A stretch of 64,000 nt of DNA from contig JALVJO010000136.1 in assembly GCA_027028245.1 (NCBI GenBank), positions 1,362 to 65,361 on the forward strand, in the 5' to 3' direction. The position numbers and the translations under genes are program-made. The stretch is from Deltaproteobacteria bacterium. Its GTDB lineage: Bacteria > Desulfobacterota > Dissulfuribacteria > Dissulfuribacterales > QOAL01. Shown piece by piece: positions 1-8,504 of this stretch (its first letter is position 1; the number at the start of each line of letters is the position of its first letter). Below the pieces are notes generated by a model. That model searched no databases, was not told where the DNA came from, and was given only the letters and a program-made list of their open reading frames with translations.

Positions 1-433
1 CTACCTTTATCTTTAATGTGGCCGTTACGTCAGGGCTGAGCTTGACAGGTACTTCATATTCTCCCAGGGCCTTTATAGGTTCTCCCAGCAGGATTTTCTT
101 TCTGTCAATCTGAAACCCTTTTTCTTCCACGGCCTTTGCGATGTCAAGATTGGTTACGGAGCCGTAGAGCTTGTCCTCCTCGCCTACCTTGACAGGTATC
201 TCTATGTCAAGGGCTGCCAGCTGTGATGCAAGGGCTTCGTATTCTTCCTGCATCTTGGCTGCCCTTTTTAATATCGCCTCCCTCTGCTTCTCGATCTTGG
301 TCAGGTTTTTCTTGTCGGCAGTTATGGCAAGACCCTTGGGTAAAAGGTAGTTTCTGGCATAGCCGTTGGCGACGCTCACAATATCGCCGGCTTTTCCAAG
401 GCTTTCTATACTCTCATTTAGAATAACTTCCAT
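1..433 (-). CDS. rplI: 50S ribosomal protein L9 (C-terminal end cut by window edge)
   Basis: Minus-strand ATG at 433-431. Translation reads MEVILNESIESLGKAGDIVSVANGYARNYLLPKGLA..., the canonical L9 N-terminus. Last gene of the rpsF-rpsR-DUF2232-rplI string. Confidence 0.9.
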   Translation of the reverse strand, partial: MEVILNESIESLGKAGDIVSVANGYARNYLLPKGLAITADKKNLTKIEKQREAILKRAAKMQEEYEALASQLAALDIEIPVKVGEEDKLYGSVTNLDIAKAVEEKGFQIDRKKILLGEPIKALGEYEVPVKLSPDVTATLKIKV

Positions 434-513
434 TTTTTATGCCCTCCAAGGAAATTTAACTATTTAATACGCCGGATAAAATCACGCGAAAAACAAGCAA
501 GTTTGCTTGCCGG

Positions 514-1518
514 TTATTCAGAATCCTTATTTTTTCTGTTTTTTTCAAGCCGGTTTCGGAAATCAAACCAGTTATCCATCAGACCGGTAAATACTACCAT
601 AAGTAGACCATACCACTGGATGCCGATCAACAGATAAACCAGCCACCTGACAAATGCCGGGGTCTTCATGGTATTGAAAAAAAATTTCATCACTGCAAAT
701 CCCTGAATCAGGTAAAAAATACTTACTGCCGTAACAATATTCTTGCCCGCTGCAGATATCTGCTCCCCTGGATAAATGGCCATAAACCCCGAGACAATAA
801 AGGCCCATATCAGCCAGGGCGGCATCCTCCACTGGTCAAATTCCGGGCCGATCAGTTCCCTGTTGTATCGGATTTTTGAGCACATGTTACAGACATAAAT
901 ATTGACCAGGCTGAGAAAGATAAAGAGGCTTCCAAGGATGCCGGGGAAAAATGAGATCATGGTTTCCTTGATCTGGCCCATGATGGTGTCGATCTGCGAC
1001 GTCACCTGATCTCCTGCATTCTGCTTGTATATTTCAACTCCCTTGTCAAATTCTTTTGACAATTCCTCAACCATGGCATGATAGGCTGCCATGGGCTTGC
1101 CGCCGGTAGCCAGCAGGATAACGGTTGCCGAAAGGACAACCAGACATAGGGAACAGGCTGCAAGTGCTTCCGGGGATGTCCTGCCGGCCCATGAGTACAC
1201 TACAAGAATAACGGCAATGCATACACTCTGGGCAAGAACCAGTACCCCTTCCGGAATACCTAGAAATAACAGAATAAGACTGCCCAGGATGAAAACACCA
1301 GAAGCAGCGAAAAGTTTCTGCCGGATATCTTGAGACTGCTCTAAAAAACAGGCTGCTATGCCTGGGGCAAAAAACTGCAGGCCTGAACTAAGGCCCGGCA
1401 CCAGGCTGGGAAGCATGAGTGCAGCTGCTGCCACAATAATGCCCCCGAACGTGGGCATCCTGCCCCGTTTCCTCAGCCGGTCATTTTGCAGTCCCTGGCT
1501 CACTCCATCAATGGACAA
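514..1518 (-). CDS. DUF2232 (YybS-like) polytopic membrane protein
   Basis: 334-aa ORF with many hydrophobic helices. It sits between rpsR and rplI, as yybS does in other bacteria. An internal Met at 1458 (MPTFGG...) is an alternative start. Confidence 0.7.
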   Translation of the reverse strand: MSIDGVSQGLQNDRLRKRGRMPTFGGIIVAAAALMLPSLVPGLSSGLQFFAPGIAACFLEQSQDIRQKLFAASGVFILGSLILLFLGIPEGVLVLAQSVCIAVILVVYSWAGRTSPEALAACSLCLVVLSATVILLATGGKPMAAYHAMVEELSKEFDKGVEIYKQNAGDQVTSQIDTIMGQIKETMISFFPGILGSLFIFLSLVNIYVCNMCSKIRYNRELIGPEFDQWRMPPWLIWAFIVSGFMAIYPGEQISAAGKNIVTAVSIFYLIQGFAVMKFFFNTMKTPAFVRWLVYLLIGIQWYGLLMVVFTGLMDNWFDFRNRLEKNRKNKDSE

Positions 1519-1756
1519 ATTCCAAGTTATGCACTTCAGACATCTGGATAAGTAATTTATTCCGAATGTGTTTCATAGGGCTTGATCTTTTGCCAGAAGA
1601 ATTCGGTGTCAAATCCTGTTTTACAGGGGCGCTGGAAACTGCAGGACTGGGAATTTTAGGTTTGTTTCTTCTGCAGAGGCTCGGCAATACCATGTTTTGG
1701 GAGTGCCTGTTGTCCTTCCCGCATGCTGGACACATCCTGCGAGTGCATAATCCAGC

Positions 1757-2020
1757 TCAGTCCTTCAGGGCATGGCCTGAGGTAAAGGGTATAAGTGCCA
1801 TGATTCTAGCCTTTTTGACTGCATTGGTCAGCCTGCGCTGATGCTTTGCACAGGTTCCTGTAACTCTTCTGGGCAGGATCTTTCCTCGCTCCGTGATAAA
1901 ATGTTTCAGAAGATCCGCATCCTTGAAATCCAGTGTTATGGATTTGTCTGCACAAAAACGGCAGATTTTCCTTCTTACATATATTCTACGGCGTCTGTAT
2001 CTTTGTTGCGGGCGCTGCAT
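1757..2020 (-). CDS. rpsR: 30S ribosomal protein S18
   Basis: 87 aa. Contains [49 protein letters not shown], the hallmark S18 sequence. Confidence 0.95.
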   Translation of the reverse strand: MQRPQQRYRRRRIYVRRKICRFCADKSITLDFKDADLLKHFITERGKILPRRVTGTCAKHQRRLTNAVKKARIMALIPFTSGHALKD

Positions 2021-2422
2021 TTATTCCTCCTCCTTTCCCTCGGTGCTGCTCTCGGATGATGGTTCAGCTTCTGATTCGCCTTCTTTTTCAGCCTCGGCAT
2101 ATTTCTTGGCTGCTTCTTCGGGATTGAATTCGTCATCAAGTTTTGTGGTGATGAATTTCATCACCCGTTCATCGAGTCTGAAATTCCTCGTCAGTTCTTG
2201 GATAGTAGATGACTTTGCACCGAAATCCATGACTACATAATAGCCGTGGGTTTGTTTCTGGACTTTATATGCCAGTTTCTTAAGAGGCCATTTATCCGTG
2301 TGGACTACCTGACCGCCGTCATGGGTTATGATGCTGGAGAATTTTTCAATTGCGTCATCCCGATCGTCACTGCTCAGCTCGGGATGCAGAAGGAACATGG
2401 TTTCGTAATGGCGCAATTTCAT
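2021..2422 (-). CDS. rpsF: 30S ribosomal protein S6
   Basis: MKLRHYETMFLLHPELS... is a typical S6 N-terminus, followed by an acidic C-terminal tail. Start chosen at the internal Met of the 157-aa ORF. The stop abuts the rpsR start. Confidence 0.93.
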   Translation of the reverse strand: MKLRHYETMFLLHPELSSDDRDDAIEKFSSIITHDGGQVVHTDKWPLKKLAYKVQKQTHGYYVVMDFGAKSSTIQELTRNFRLDERVMKFITTKLDDEFNPEEAAKKYAEAEKEGESEAEPSSESSTEGKEEE

Positions 2423-2727
2423 TAAAGTGCCCCCTTTCGGTCTTTTCTCTGGCCCTGGTGTTCCTGAACCAGGGCAAGGAGGATTTGTAAACATGCTTGT
2501 TTAACTCATTTGGCATGCCTGCGTCAAGGAAAATGTAGGACCCATGCAGATATGAGTCCGGGGCTCTTGTCAGGAAGGTTTTCAATACCTATTTTCTGAA
2601 AAAGAGATGGTTGCAGGCGGCATAAAGTGTTTGTCCCTGTATTTCTGAGTTCTTATTAGCGCCTGGAGCATCGCCGGTTTCACCGCGGAGGTGCATTTCC
2701 GGCTTGTTTTTATGAAAGGATATAAGG

Positions 2728-3162
2728 ATGCCAGTTATTAAATTGACAATTTCCAAGGACCTGAGGGAACTCAGCCGGGATTTTCATCGATTATTGGATG
2801 AATCTTTCACCATACCCCGGCCTTCCCTTATGTCCGGTACGGCCTGGATGCCGGCCATGGACATATATGAAGACGGTCAATTCTTATACATTGTTGCCGA
2901 CCTTGCCGGCGTAGACGTGGAAAATCTGGAGCTTGCAATGGAAGGCCGTTTTCTAAGGGTATCCGGCCAGAGACAGCCGCCGGCAGCCATTGCCAGAAAA
3001 AGATTTTTCCAGATGGAAGTGGAGTATGGGCCTTTTGAGAGGGTGGTCAGGATCCCTTTTCCTATCATGCCGGATAAGGTGGAAGCAAGGCTGGAAAACG
3101 GCCTGCTTCTGGTCCGGCTTCGAAAGGAACGGCCCGGAAAGGTGAGCATTCAGGTGAAGTGA
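2728..3162 (+). CDS. Hsp20/alpha-crystallin family small heat-shock protein
   Basis: 144 aa. Alpha-crystallin-like core (PAMDIYEDGQFLYIVADLAGV...LENGLLLVRL). Lies immediately upstream of lon. Confidence 0.88.
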   Translation: MPVIKLTISKDLRELSRDFHRLLDESFTIPRPSLMSGTAWMPAMDIYEDGQFLYIVADLAGVDVENLELAMEGRFLRVSGQRQPPAAIARKRFFQMEVEYGPFERVVRIPFPIMPDKVEARLENGLLLVRLRKERPGKVSIQVK

Positions 3163-3211
3163 TGCCCTTTGGCTTGTGTGCCGCTTCATTTCGGGAATGA
3201 CAGGAGTAGTT

Positions 3212-5620
3212 ATGGATATAAAAAATGAAATGGAAATAAAGGAAAGGGCTGAACATTTGAACCAGCCGAATACCATACGGGAACTGCCGGTACTGCCCAG
3301 CAAGGACGTGGTTTTGTTCCCGCATATGGTTGTACCGTGGATCGTGGAGCCTCCTCATCTTGTCAAGATGATAGATGACGCCCTTGCCGGAGACAGGACC
3401 ATTGCAGTGGTCTCGGTGGACGGGCCCGTGGAAAACGACGAAGAGCTTCCCAGGAAACTGCACAAGATGGGTACCATGGGCCTGATACTGCGGATGGCCA
3501 AAAACGAGGAGGGGCATGCGCGCCTGGTTGTTCAGGGTGTTACGCGCGTGAGGATAAAGGAAATAACAGCCACTTCCCCTTATATCAAGGCGAGGGTGGA
3601 ATCCGTGCAGGACAATGTGACCCAGAGCGTGGCCCTGGAGGCCATGGTGGTCAATGTCCGCCAGGCATTCACCAAGGTGCTCGACCTGTCTCCCAATCTG
3701 CCCGGGGAATTAAAGGCTGTGGTCATGAATGTGGATGATCCGGGAGTTTTGGCTGACATAGTTATAAGCCACCTGAATATTCCGGTAGTTCAAAAGCAGG
3801 AAATTCTTGATGAGCTTGATGTCATGGCGCGTCTCAACAAGGCCCTGAGGATCCTTTCGGAGCAGCTGGAAATTCTGGAACTGGGCCACAAGATCCAGAG
3901 CCAGGTCAGGGATCAGGTGGACAAGAGCCAGAGAGAGTATTTTCTCCGTGAACAGCTCAAGGCCATAAAGAAGGAATTGGGCGAGGGAGAAGAAGGATCT
4001 GATGAGGTGGAAGAACTCAGGCAGAAGCTCAAGGAGAAGGAGCTGCCTGAAGAGGCCAGAAAGGAGGCCGAGCGCGAACTTGAGCGTCTCAGCCGCATGC
4101 ACCCGTCTTCTTCCGAATATACAGTGGCCAGGACGTATCTGGACTGGATACTGGAACTTCCCTGGAATGAATCCACAGAGGATCATCTGGACCTGGAGGA
4201 GGCCCAGAAAATCTTGGACGAGGACCACTATGACCTGGAAAAGATAAAAAAGCGCATCATAGAATTCCTGGCAGTGAGGAAATTGAAACCAGATGCCAAG
4301 GGGACGATATTGTGCTTTGCAGGTCCTCCAGGCACCGGTAAGACCTCCCTTGGGAGAAGCATTGCCAGGGCCATGGGCAGGAAATTTCACAGGATAGCCC
4401 TTGGCGGGGTAAGGGATGAAGCAGAGATACGGGGGCACAGGCGCACCTATGTGGGTGCCATGCCCGGCAGGATTATACAGGGACTCAGAAAGGTTGGAGT
4501 CAACAACCCTGTGATGATGCTTGACGAGGTGGACAAGCTTGGAGCAGATTTCAGGGGCGATCCTGCCTCTGCCCTCCTTGAAGTCCTGGATCCGGAGCAG
4601 AATTCCAGGTTTACTGATCACTACCTGGGTGTGGAATTTGACCTTTCCAGGGTGATATTTATCGCCACGGCAAATATGCTTGATACCATACCTGCACCAT
4701 TGCTGGACAGGATGGAAGTGCTTGAATTATCGGGATACACTATTGAAGAAAAGGTGGAAATCGCCAGGCGCTATCTTATCCCTCGACAGCTTGAAGCCCA
4801 TGGGCTGACAAAGAAGGATCTCTCCATTGAAAAGAGGGCCCTTTTAAAGATAATCAGTGCCTATACCCGTGAGGCAGGGGTAAGGAATCTGGAACGTCAG
4901 ATAGGCGCTGTCTGCCGGGGAGTAGCCAGGCAGGTTGCGGCCGGCCGCCAGGAAAAGATAGTCCTCAAGGTAAAAAATCTTGAGGAATATCTTGGAAAGC
5001 CCAAGTTCGTATCCGATGTTGCAGAAAGAACTTCTGTCCCCGGGGTAGCCACTGGTCTTGCCTGGACACCTTCGGGAGGGGACATACTCTTCATAGAGGC
5101 GACCAGGATGCCAGGCTCCGGTAAACTCACCCTTACCGGGCAGCTCGGTGACGTCATGAAGGAATCTGCTCAGACAGCCCTGAGCTATATCCGTTCCAAG
5201 GCATGTGAGTTCAATATATCCCAGGATGTGTTCAAGAGCGAAGACGTGCACATTCACGTGCCTGCAGGGGCAGTTCCAAAAGACGGCCCTTCAGCCGGTA
5301 TTACCATTGCGATAGCCCTTGTCTCCCTGTTTACCGACAGGCCGGTCAGGCCTGATGTGGCAATGACCGGAGAAATTACCCTTCGAGGTTTAATTCTTCC
5401 TGTTGGAGGAATAAAGGAAAAGGTCCTGGCAGCTCACAGGGCGCGTATCAAGGAAGTCATTCTTCCCAAGAGAAATGCAGATGATCTTGATGAGCTTCCT
5501 GAACAGGTGAGAGAGAGCCTCAAGTTTCACCTGGTCTCCAGGCTGGACGAGGCCGTAAAGATAGTGTTTAGAAAGGGGAAGAGAAAGGGGAAAAAGACCA
5601 AGACTGCCGAATGCAGGTGA
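3212..5620 (+). CDS. lon: ATP-dependent Lon protease
   Basis: LON N-domain, Walker [10 protein letters not shown], and a protease domain with PKDGPSAG around the catalytic Ser. The ORF opens at 3176, but the Met at 3212 (MDIKNEM) is the more likely start. Confidence 0.95.
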   Translation: MDIKNEMEIKERAEHLNQPNTIRELPVLPSKDVVLFPHMVVPWIVEPPHLVKMIDDALAGDRTIAVVSVDGPVENDEELPRKLHKMGTMGLILRMAKNEEGHARLVVQGVTRVRIKEITATSPYIKARVESVQDNVTQSVALEAMVVNVRQAFTKVLDLSPNLPGELKAVVMNVDDPGVLADIVISHLNIPVVQKQEILDELDVMARLNKALRILSEQLEILELGHKIQSQVRDQVDKSQREYFLREQLKAIKKELGEGEEGSDEVEELRQKLKEKELPEEARKEAERELERLSRMHPSSSEYTVARTYLDWILELPWNESTEDHLDLEEAQKILDEDHYDLEKIKKRIIEFLAVRKLKPDAKGTILCFAGPPGTGKTSLGRSIARAMGRKFHRIALGGVRDEAEIRGHRRTYVGAMPGRIIQGLRKVGVNNPVMMLDEVDKLGADFRGDPASALLEVLDPEQNSRFTDHYLGVEFDLSRVIFIATANMLDTIPAPLLDRMEVLELSGYTIEEKVEIARRYLIPRQLEAHGLTKKDLSIEKRALLKIISAYTREAGVRNLERQIGAVCRGVARQVAAGRQEKIVLKVKNLEEYLGKPKFVSDVAERTSVPGVATGLAWTPSGGDILFIEATRMPGSGKLTLTGQLGDVMKESAQTALSYIRSKACEFNISQDVFKSEDVHIHVPAGAVPKDGPSAGITIAIALVSLFTDRPVRPDVAMTGEITLRGLILPVGGIKEKVLAAHRARIKEVILPKRNADDLDELPEQVRESLKFHLVSRLDEAVKIVFRKGKRKGKKTKTAECR

Positions 5621-5666
5621 AAAAGATGCTGCATTTTATTCAGCCGGGTACCCGTTAGTTTATAAG

Positions 5667-5890
5667 AGGAGCATTCCCAGTTTGTCCCTGGACGAAGAAG
5701 GGCAAGGAAGGTGCATTTCTTTCAAGGTTCACCAAGCCGCTGTGCAAGTTTCAAATTCTTCTCGAATGCAGACATGGCCAATCTCGGCGGCCTGACTGCG
5801 GCTGAAGTTGGCTTCCTTGTGGTGAGACCTTTCAAGAAACACACCTTCCTTGCCAGTGGCAAAAATGGGGGACAAACTGGGAATACTCGC
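5667..5890 (+). repeat. Copy A of a ~224-nt palindromic intergenic element (MITE-like, or a candidate structured RNA)
   Basis: Roughly 90 percent identical by eye to 36442-36665 and 53317-53542. The terminal arms 5669-5688 and 5869-5888 pair over 20 nt with 1 mismatch. The inner arms GGCAAGGAAGGTG (5701-5713) and CACCTTCCTTGCC (5842-5854) pair perfectly. Flanked by TTTATAAG (5659-5666) and TTTGATAAG (5891-5899). Confidence 0.8.
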
Positions 5891-6058
5891 TTTGATAAGT
5901 GTAATGAGACAGTACGGCCTGGTCTGGATGTGTCTTCAGCAGGCCTCTGACAGGGCATAATCCGGCCTGCTGAATTCAGATACAGCACATTAGCGTCAAG
6001 TCAGCCTTGAAATTGACTGGTTTTCTGTTATCTTTTTTCAAGATAAATCAATTAATGT

Positions 6059-6094
6059 AAAGACTGCCTGTTTTTTTGCATGGCGGTCTTTTTT
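6059..6094 (+). terminator. Intrinsic terminator-like hairpin in the greA leader
   Basis: AGACTGCC (6061-6068) pairs with GGCGGTCT (6082-6089), 8 bp including one G-U. It is followed by TTTTT, and lies 30 nt upstream of the greA ATG. Confidence 0.55.
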
Positions 6095-6123
6095 AATGAT
6101 TTGAATAGATTCTTGAGGAATTA

Positions 6124-6600
6124 ATGATGGAGCGTACACCTTTTACACCCGAAGGCTATGAACGGTTAAAAAATGAACTTGAACATCTGGAGCGGGTTGA
6201 GCGCTATCAGGTGATAAAGGCAATCGAAGAAGCCAGGGCACATGGAGATCTGTCTGAGAACGCGGAATATCACGCTGCCAAGGAAAGGCAAGGGCAGCTT
6301 GAGGCCAGGATACAGTATCTCAACAGCAAACTGGCTGCTGCCGAGATCATAGACTGCAAGACCCAGTCATGCGACAGGGTGGTTTTCGGAGTAAAGGTGC
6401 GTCTTGAAAACGTTGATACAGGCGAAGAAGTGGTTTATCAGCTGGTAGGCCCGGATGAATCCGAGATAAAGGATGGAAAGATTTCCATAATGTCACCCCT
6501 GGGACGGGCCCTTCTTGGAAAGGAAGAAGGAGATGAAGTAGAATTCCAGTCGCCTTCGGGTACCAGGACCTATGAGGTACTCGAAATCTTCACCGATTGA
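6124..6600 (+). CDS. greA: Transcription elongation factor GreA
   Basis: 158 aa. Contains PFTPEGYERLKNELEHL...AIEEARAHGDLSENAEYHAAKE, the GreA coiled-coil signature. Confidence 0.95.
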   Translation: MMERTPFTPEGYERLKNELEHLERVERYQVIKAIEEARAHGDLSENAEYHAAKERQGQLEARIQYLNSKLAAAEIIDCKTQSCDRVVFGVKVRLENVDTGEEVVYQLVGPDESEIKDGKISIMSPLGRALLGKEEGDEVEFQSPSGTRTYEVLEIFTD

Positions 6601-7796
6601 TCTTTATCGGCATCAGCAGCCAGAGGCCCTTTGTCTTCAGCGGCGGCAAGAATTTGTACTCCAGCCTCCTTGAGCAGCGCTTCGGCAGTGCCTCCATGTT
6701 TTCTGGCAATGATCACCTGGTCAGGTTTCAAGGAAAGAAGCCATTTTCCCACCAGGAACCCCCTTTTTCTTTCAACATCCTTGTAGGGATTTTCAATAAT
6801 CCGCCGTCCTTTTACCTTCCAGGTTTCAGGATTCAGGGTTTCCACAAGAAACCAGGGGGCCCTGGCGAAGTGCTCGGCTACTTGGCCTTCAGGGCCTGTA
6901 ACCGGTGTAATTCGCACGAAATCTCCTGATTCTGCAAAATGAGGCCGTATCCTGGCCATTACGACCCTGGGAAAATTGGCTATAATTTCATTTTCTATCC
7001 TGTCAGCCACCTTGTCGGCGACCGTGCTTGATTTCGTCTTGAGGACAACATCCATATCCACTATAAATCTTCCCCCTGCAGTCCTGCTCATGGTCTTCTT
7101 AACTCTGACGACGGCAGGATCTGATTCCACCAGCTTGATAATTTCCCTCTCAGTTTCCCTGTCTATGGAGGCATCAAGCAGTTCACGGATTGCCTCTATC
7201 AAGAGCAATCCTCCTGCACGGAATACAAAGAGTGCCACCAGGGCTGCTGCCCACCTGTCAACATTGAAGCCGAGATAATTTATGGCCAGTCCGAGAATAA
7301 CAATGCCGGTGGACAGGCTGTCTGCCAGATAATCTTTTCCGTCGGCCACCAGCGCAGGTGATCCCAGTTTCCGGCCTGCCCTTATCTGCATGAGCCCGAA
7401 ACCAAGGGATACGGCAAGACAGAACAGGGTGACAGGCAGTGCCACAGCCACATCCGGCTGAATTACAGGTCCAAGGAGTGCGCGTCTGGCGATTTCATAG
7501 CCGGCAAGGAGTATGGCCGTGGAACTAACAAGGGTTGCCAGGGTTTCCGCCTTGTAAAGGCCGTAGGGAAATGAAGGATGTTTCTTGCCGGCAACCCATA
7601 TGCCGATCAGGGCCGCCAGGGAGCTTACCACGTCTGTTGCTGAGTGAATCGCATCGCTCAAAAGGGCCCGGCTGCCTGAAATGACGCCGTAATAACCCTT
7701 AATCACTGCCAAAAAAAGGTTGACTGAAACCGAAAGCGCGGCAAGAAGTTTTGCCCGTTTCAGCTCTGAATAAGCCCTGTTGATATTGTCGTTCAC
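6570..7796 (-). CDS. Cation diffusion facilitator (CDF) transporter fused to a C-terminal NifX/NifB-like domain
   Basis: CDF motifs SDAIHSATDVVSS and DYLADSLST, six TM helices and a cytoplasmic CTD. These are followed by ~110 aa resembling the dinitrogenase FeMo-cofactor-binding fold (VAEHFARAPWFLV...GGTAEALLKEAGVQI). Its 3-prime end overlaps the greA 3-prime end by 31 nt. Confidence 0.82.
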   Translation of the reverse strand: MNDNINRAYSELKRAKLLAALSVSVNLFLAVIKGYYGVISGSRALLSDAIHSATDVVSSLAALIGIWVAGKKHPSFPYGLYKAETLATLVSSTAILLAGYEIARRALLGPVIQPDVAVALPVTLFCLAVSLGFGLMQIRAGRKLGSPALVADGKDYLADSLSTGIVILGLAINYLGFNVDRWAAALVALFVFRAGGLLLIEAIRELLDASIDRETEREIIKLVESDPAVVRVKKTMSRTAGGRFIVDMDVVLKTKSSTVADKVADRIENEIIANFPRVVMARIRPHFAESGDFVRITPVTGPEGQVAEHFARAPWFLVETLNPETWKVKGRRIIENPYKDVERKRGFLVGKWLLSLKPDQVIIARKHGGTAEALLKEAGVQILAAAEDKGPLAADADKDQSVKISSTS

Positions 7797-8057
7797 TTTA
7801 AGTTCCCGTTTTACTTTCTTTTTATTGATAACGGATCAACGGATCGTTTGATAATTTTTATAATAGCATGTTTTGGTCATTTTTATATAAATTTGTGGGT
7901 GGCCCTTTTGCAGGAGGCTTTTGGCTTTTCAAGCAAAGGAGCCTGGATTAATATGCCTTCTTATTTGAATTGAACCCTCCAGCTACGGGTTCCAGTAGTC
8001 AGCAGCCGGGGATAAAGGGCATTTTGTGAAATTGGAATCAGGACACGAATAAATGCA

Positions 8058-8504
8058 ATGAAAGTACTTGCCGCATCAAGAATTGAGCGCTGCATAGGCT
8101 GCCATATCTGTTCACTGGCCTGTGCCCGTCTCGTTCACAAGTGTACTTCCTGGGATACTTCCGGTATCAGGATTCACAGTTCCGGAGGGCTGTCCACAGG
8201 CTTTGAGGCAGTCTACTGCCTGGCCTGCGATCCGGCTCCCTGTGCCAGAGCCTGCCCCACAGGGGCCTTCATTCAGCGCAAGGGCGGAGGTGTCAAGGTT
8301 AAAAGGGATGCCTGCATACGTTGCGGCAATTGTGCAGATGCATGCCCGGTCAATGCAGTCTTTCTGGATTCGTCAGGGATGCCCTATGTCTGTATCCATT
8401 GCGGCCGCTGCGCAGCATTTTGCCCGCACGATTGCCTGGAGATGATAGAGGCTGGCGGAGGAAAGGACTTATCCGCATCTAAATTGGAGGGGCCAAAATC
8501 ATGA
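8058..8504 (+). CDS. 4Fe-4S dicluster ferredoxin-domain protein (AOR partner)
   Basis: Multiple CxxCxxCxxxCP motifs (CIGCHICSLAC, CIRCGNCADACP, CIHCGRCAAFCP). Its stop overlaps the AOR start. Confidence 0.85.
   Translation: MKVLAASRIERCIGCHICSLACARLVHKCTSWDTSGIRIHSSGGLSTGFEAVYCLACDPAPCARACPTGAFIQRKGGGVKVKRDACIRCGNCADACPVNAVFLDSSGMPYVCIHCGRCAAFCPHDCLEMIEAGGGKDLSASKLEGPKS

Noticed and set aside
1508-1735. A 75-aa ORF (MCPACGKDNRHSQ...) in the 240-nt gap between rpsR and the DUF2232 gene.
   Set aside because: The translation is highly basic and Pro/Ser-rich, with no recognisable fold or RBS. The region is more likely an untranslated spacer of the ribosomal-protein operon. A weak hairpin plus T-run at 489-509 is a similarly marginal intra-operon terminator.
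2629-2700. Short matches to the repeat element upstream of hsp20: GTTTGTCCCTG, GGAGCAT, GGTTTCACC and GGTGCATTTC.
   Set aside because: The pieces are 7-11 nt long and not colinear with the element. Several chance 10-11-mer matches are expected between a 220-nt query and 128 kb of two-strand sequence. There is not enough to call a fourth, degenerate copy.
2495-2727. I searched the hsp20-lon upstream region for sigma-32 (CTTGAAA...CCCCAT) or sigma-54 (GG-N10-GC) heat-shock promoters. TGGCATGCCTGCG at ~2509 looked sigma-54-like.
   Set aside because: The GG to GC spacing is wrong (9 nt instead of 12 between the G positions compared), and no CCCCAT-type -10 was found. No promoter call is made.
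3710-4621. A 303-aa ORF antisense to lon. Similar long antisense ORFs occur at 27416-28339 (opposite the methyltransferase), 17549-18055 (opposite namZ-like) and 53647-54321 (opposite the TSUP gene).
   Set aside because: The sense-strand proteins carry unambiguous family motifs. The antisense translations are low-complexity or His/Arg/Pro-rich with no recognisable motifs. This is the typical shadow-ORF artefact.
5711-5950. ORFs inside the three repeat copies (5711-5950, 36346-36720, 53203-53565) encode a shared peptide ...FFQGSPSRCADFKFFSNADIANL..AAEVGFLVVKPFKK. Conserved minus-strand ORFs are also present (for example MVNLERNAP...).
   Set aside because: Conservation is at the nucleotide level and is visible in several frames on both strands. 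The differences between copies are mostly non-synonymous in that frame. There is no shared ATG. The only common GTG directly abuts the purine-rich stretch, leaving no spacing for a ribosome-binding site. I interpret this as a non-coding repeat, not a gene family.
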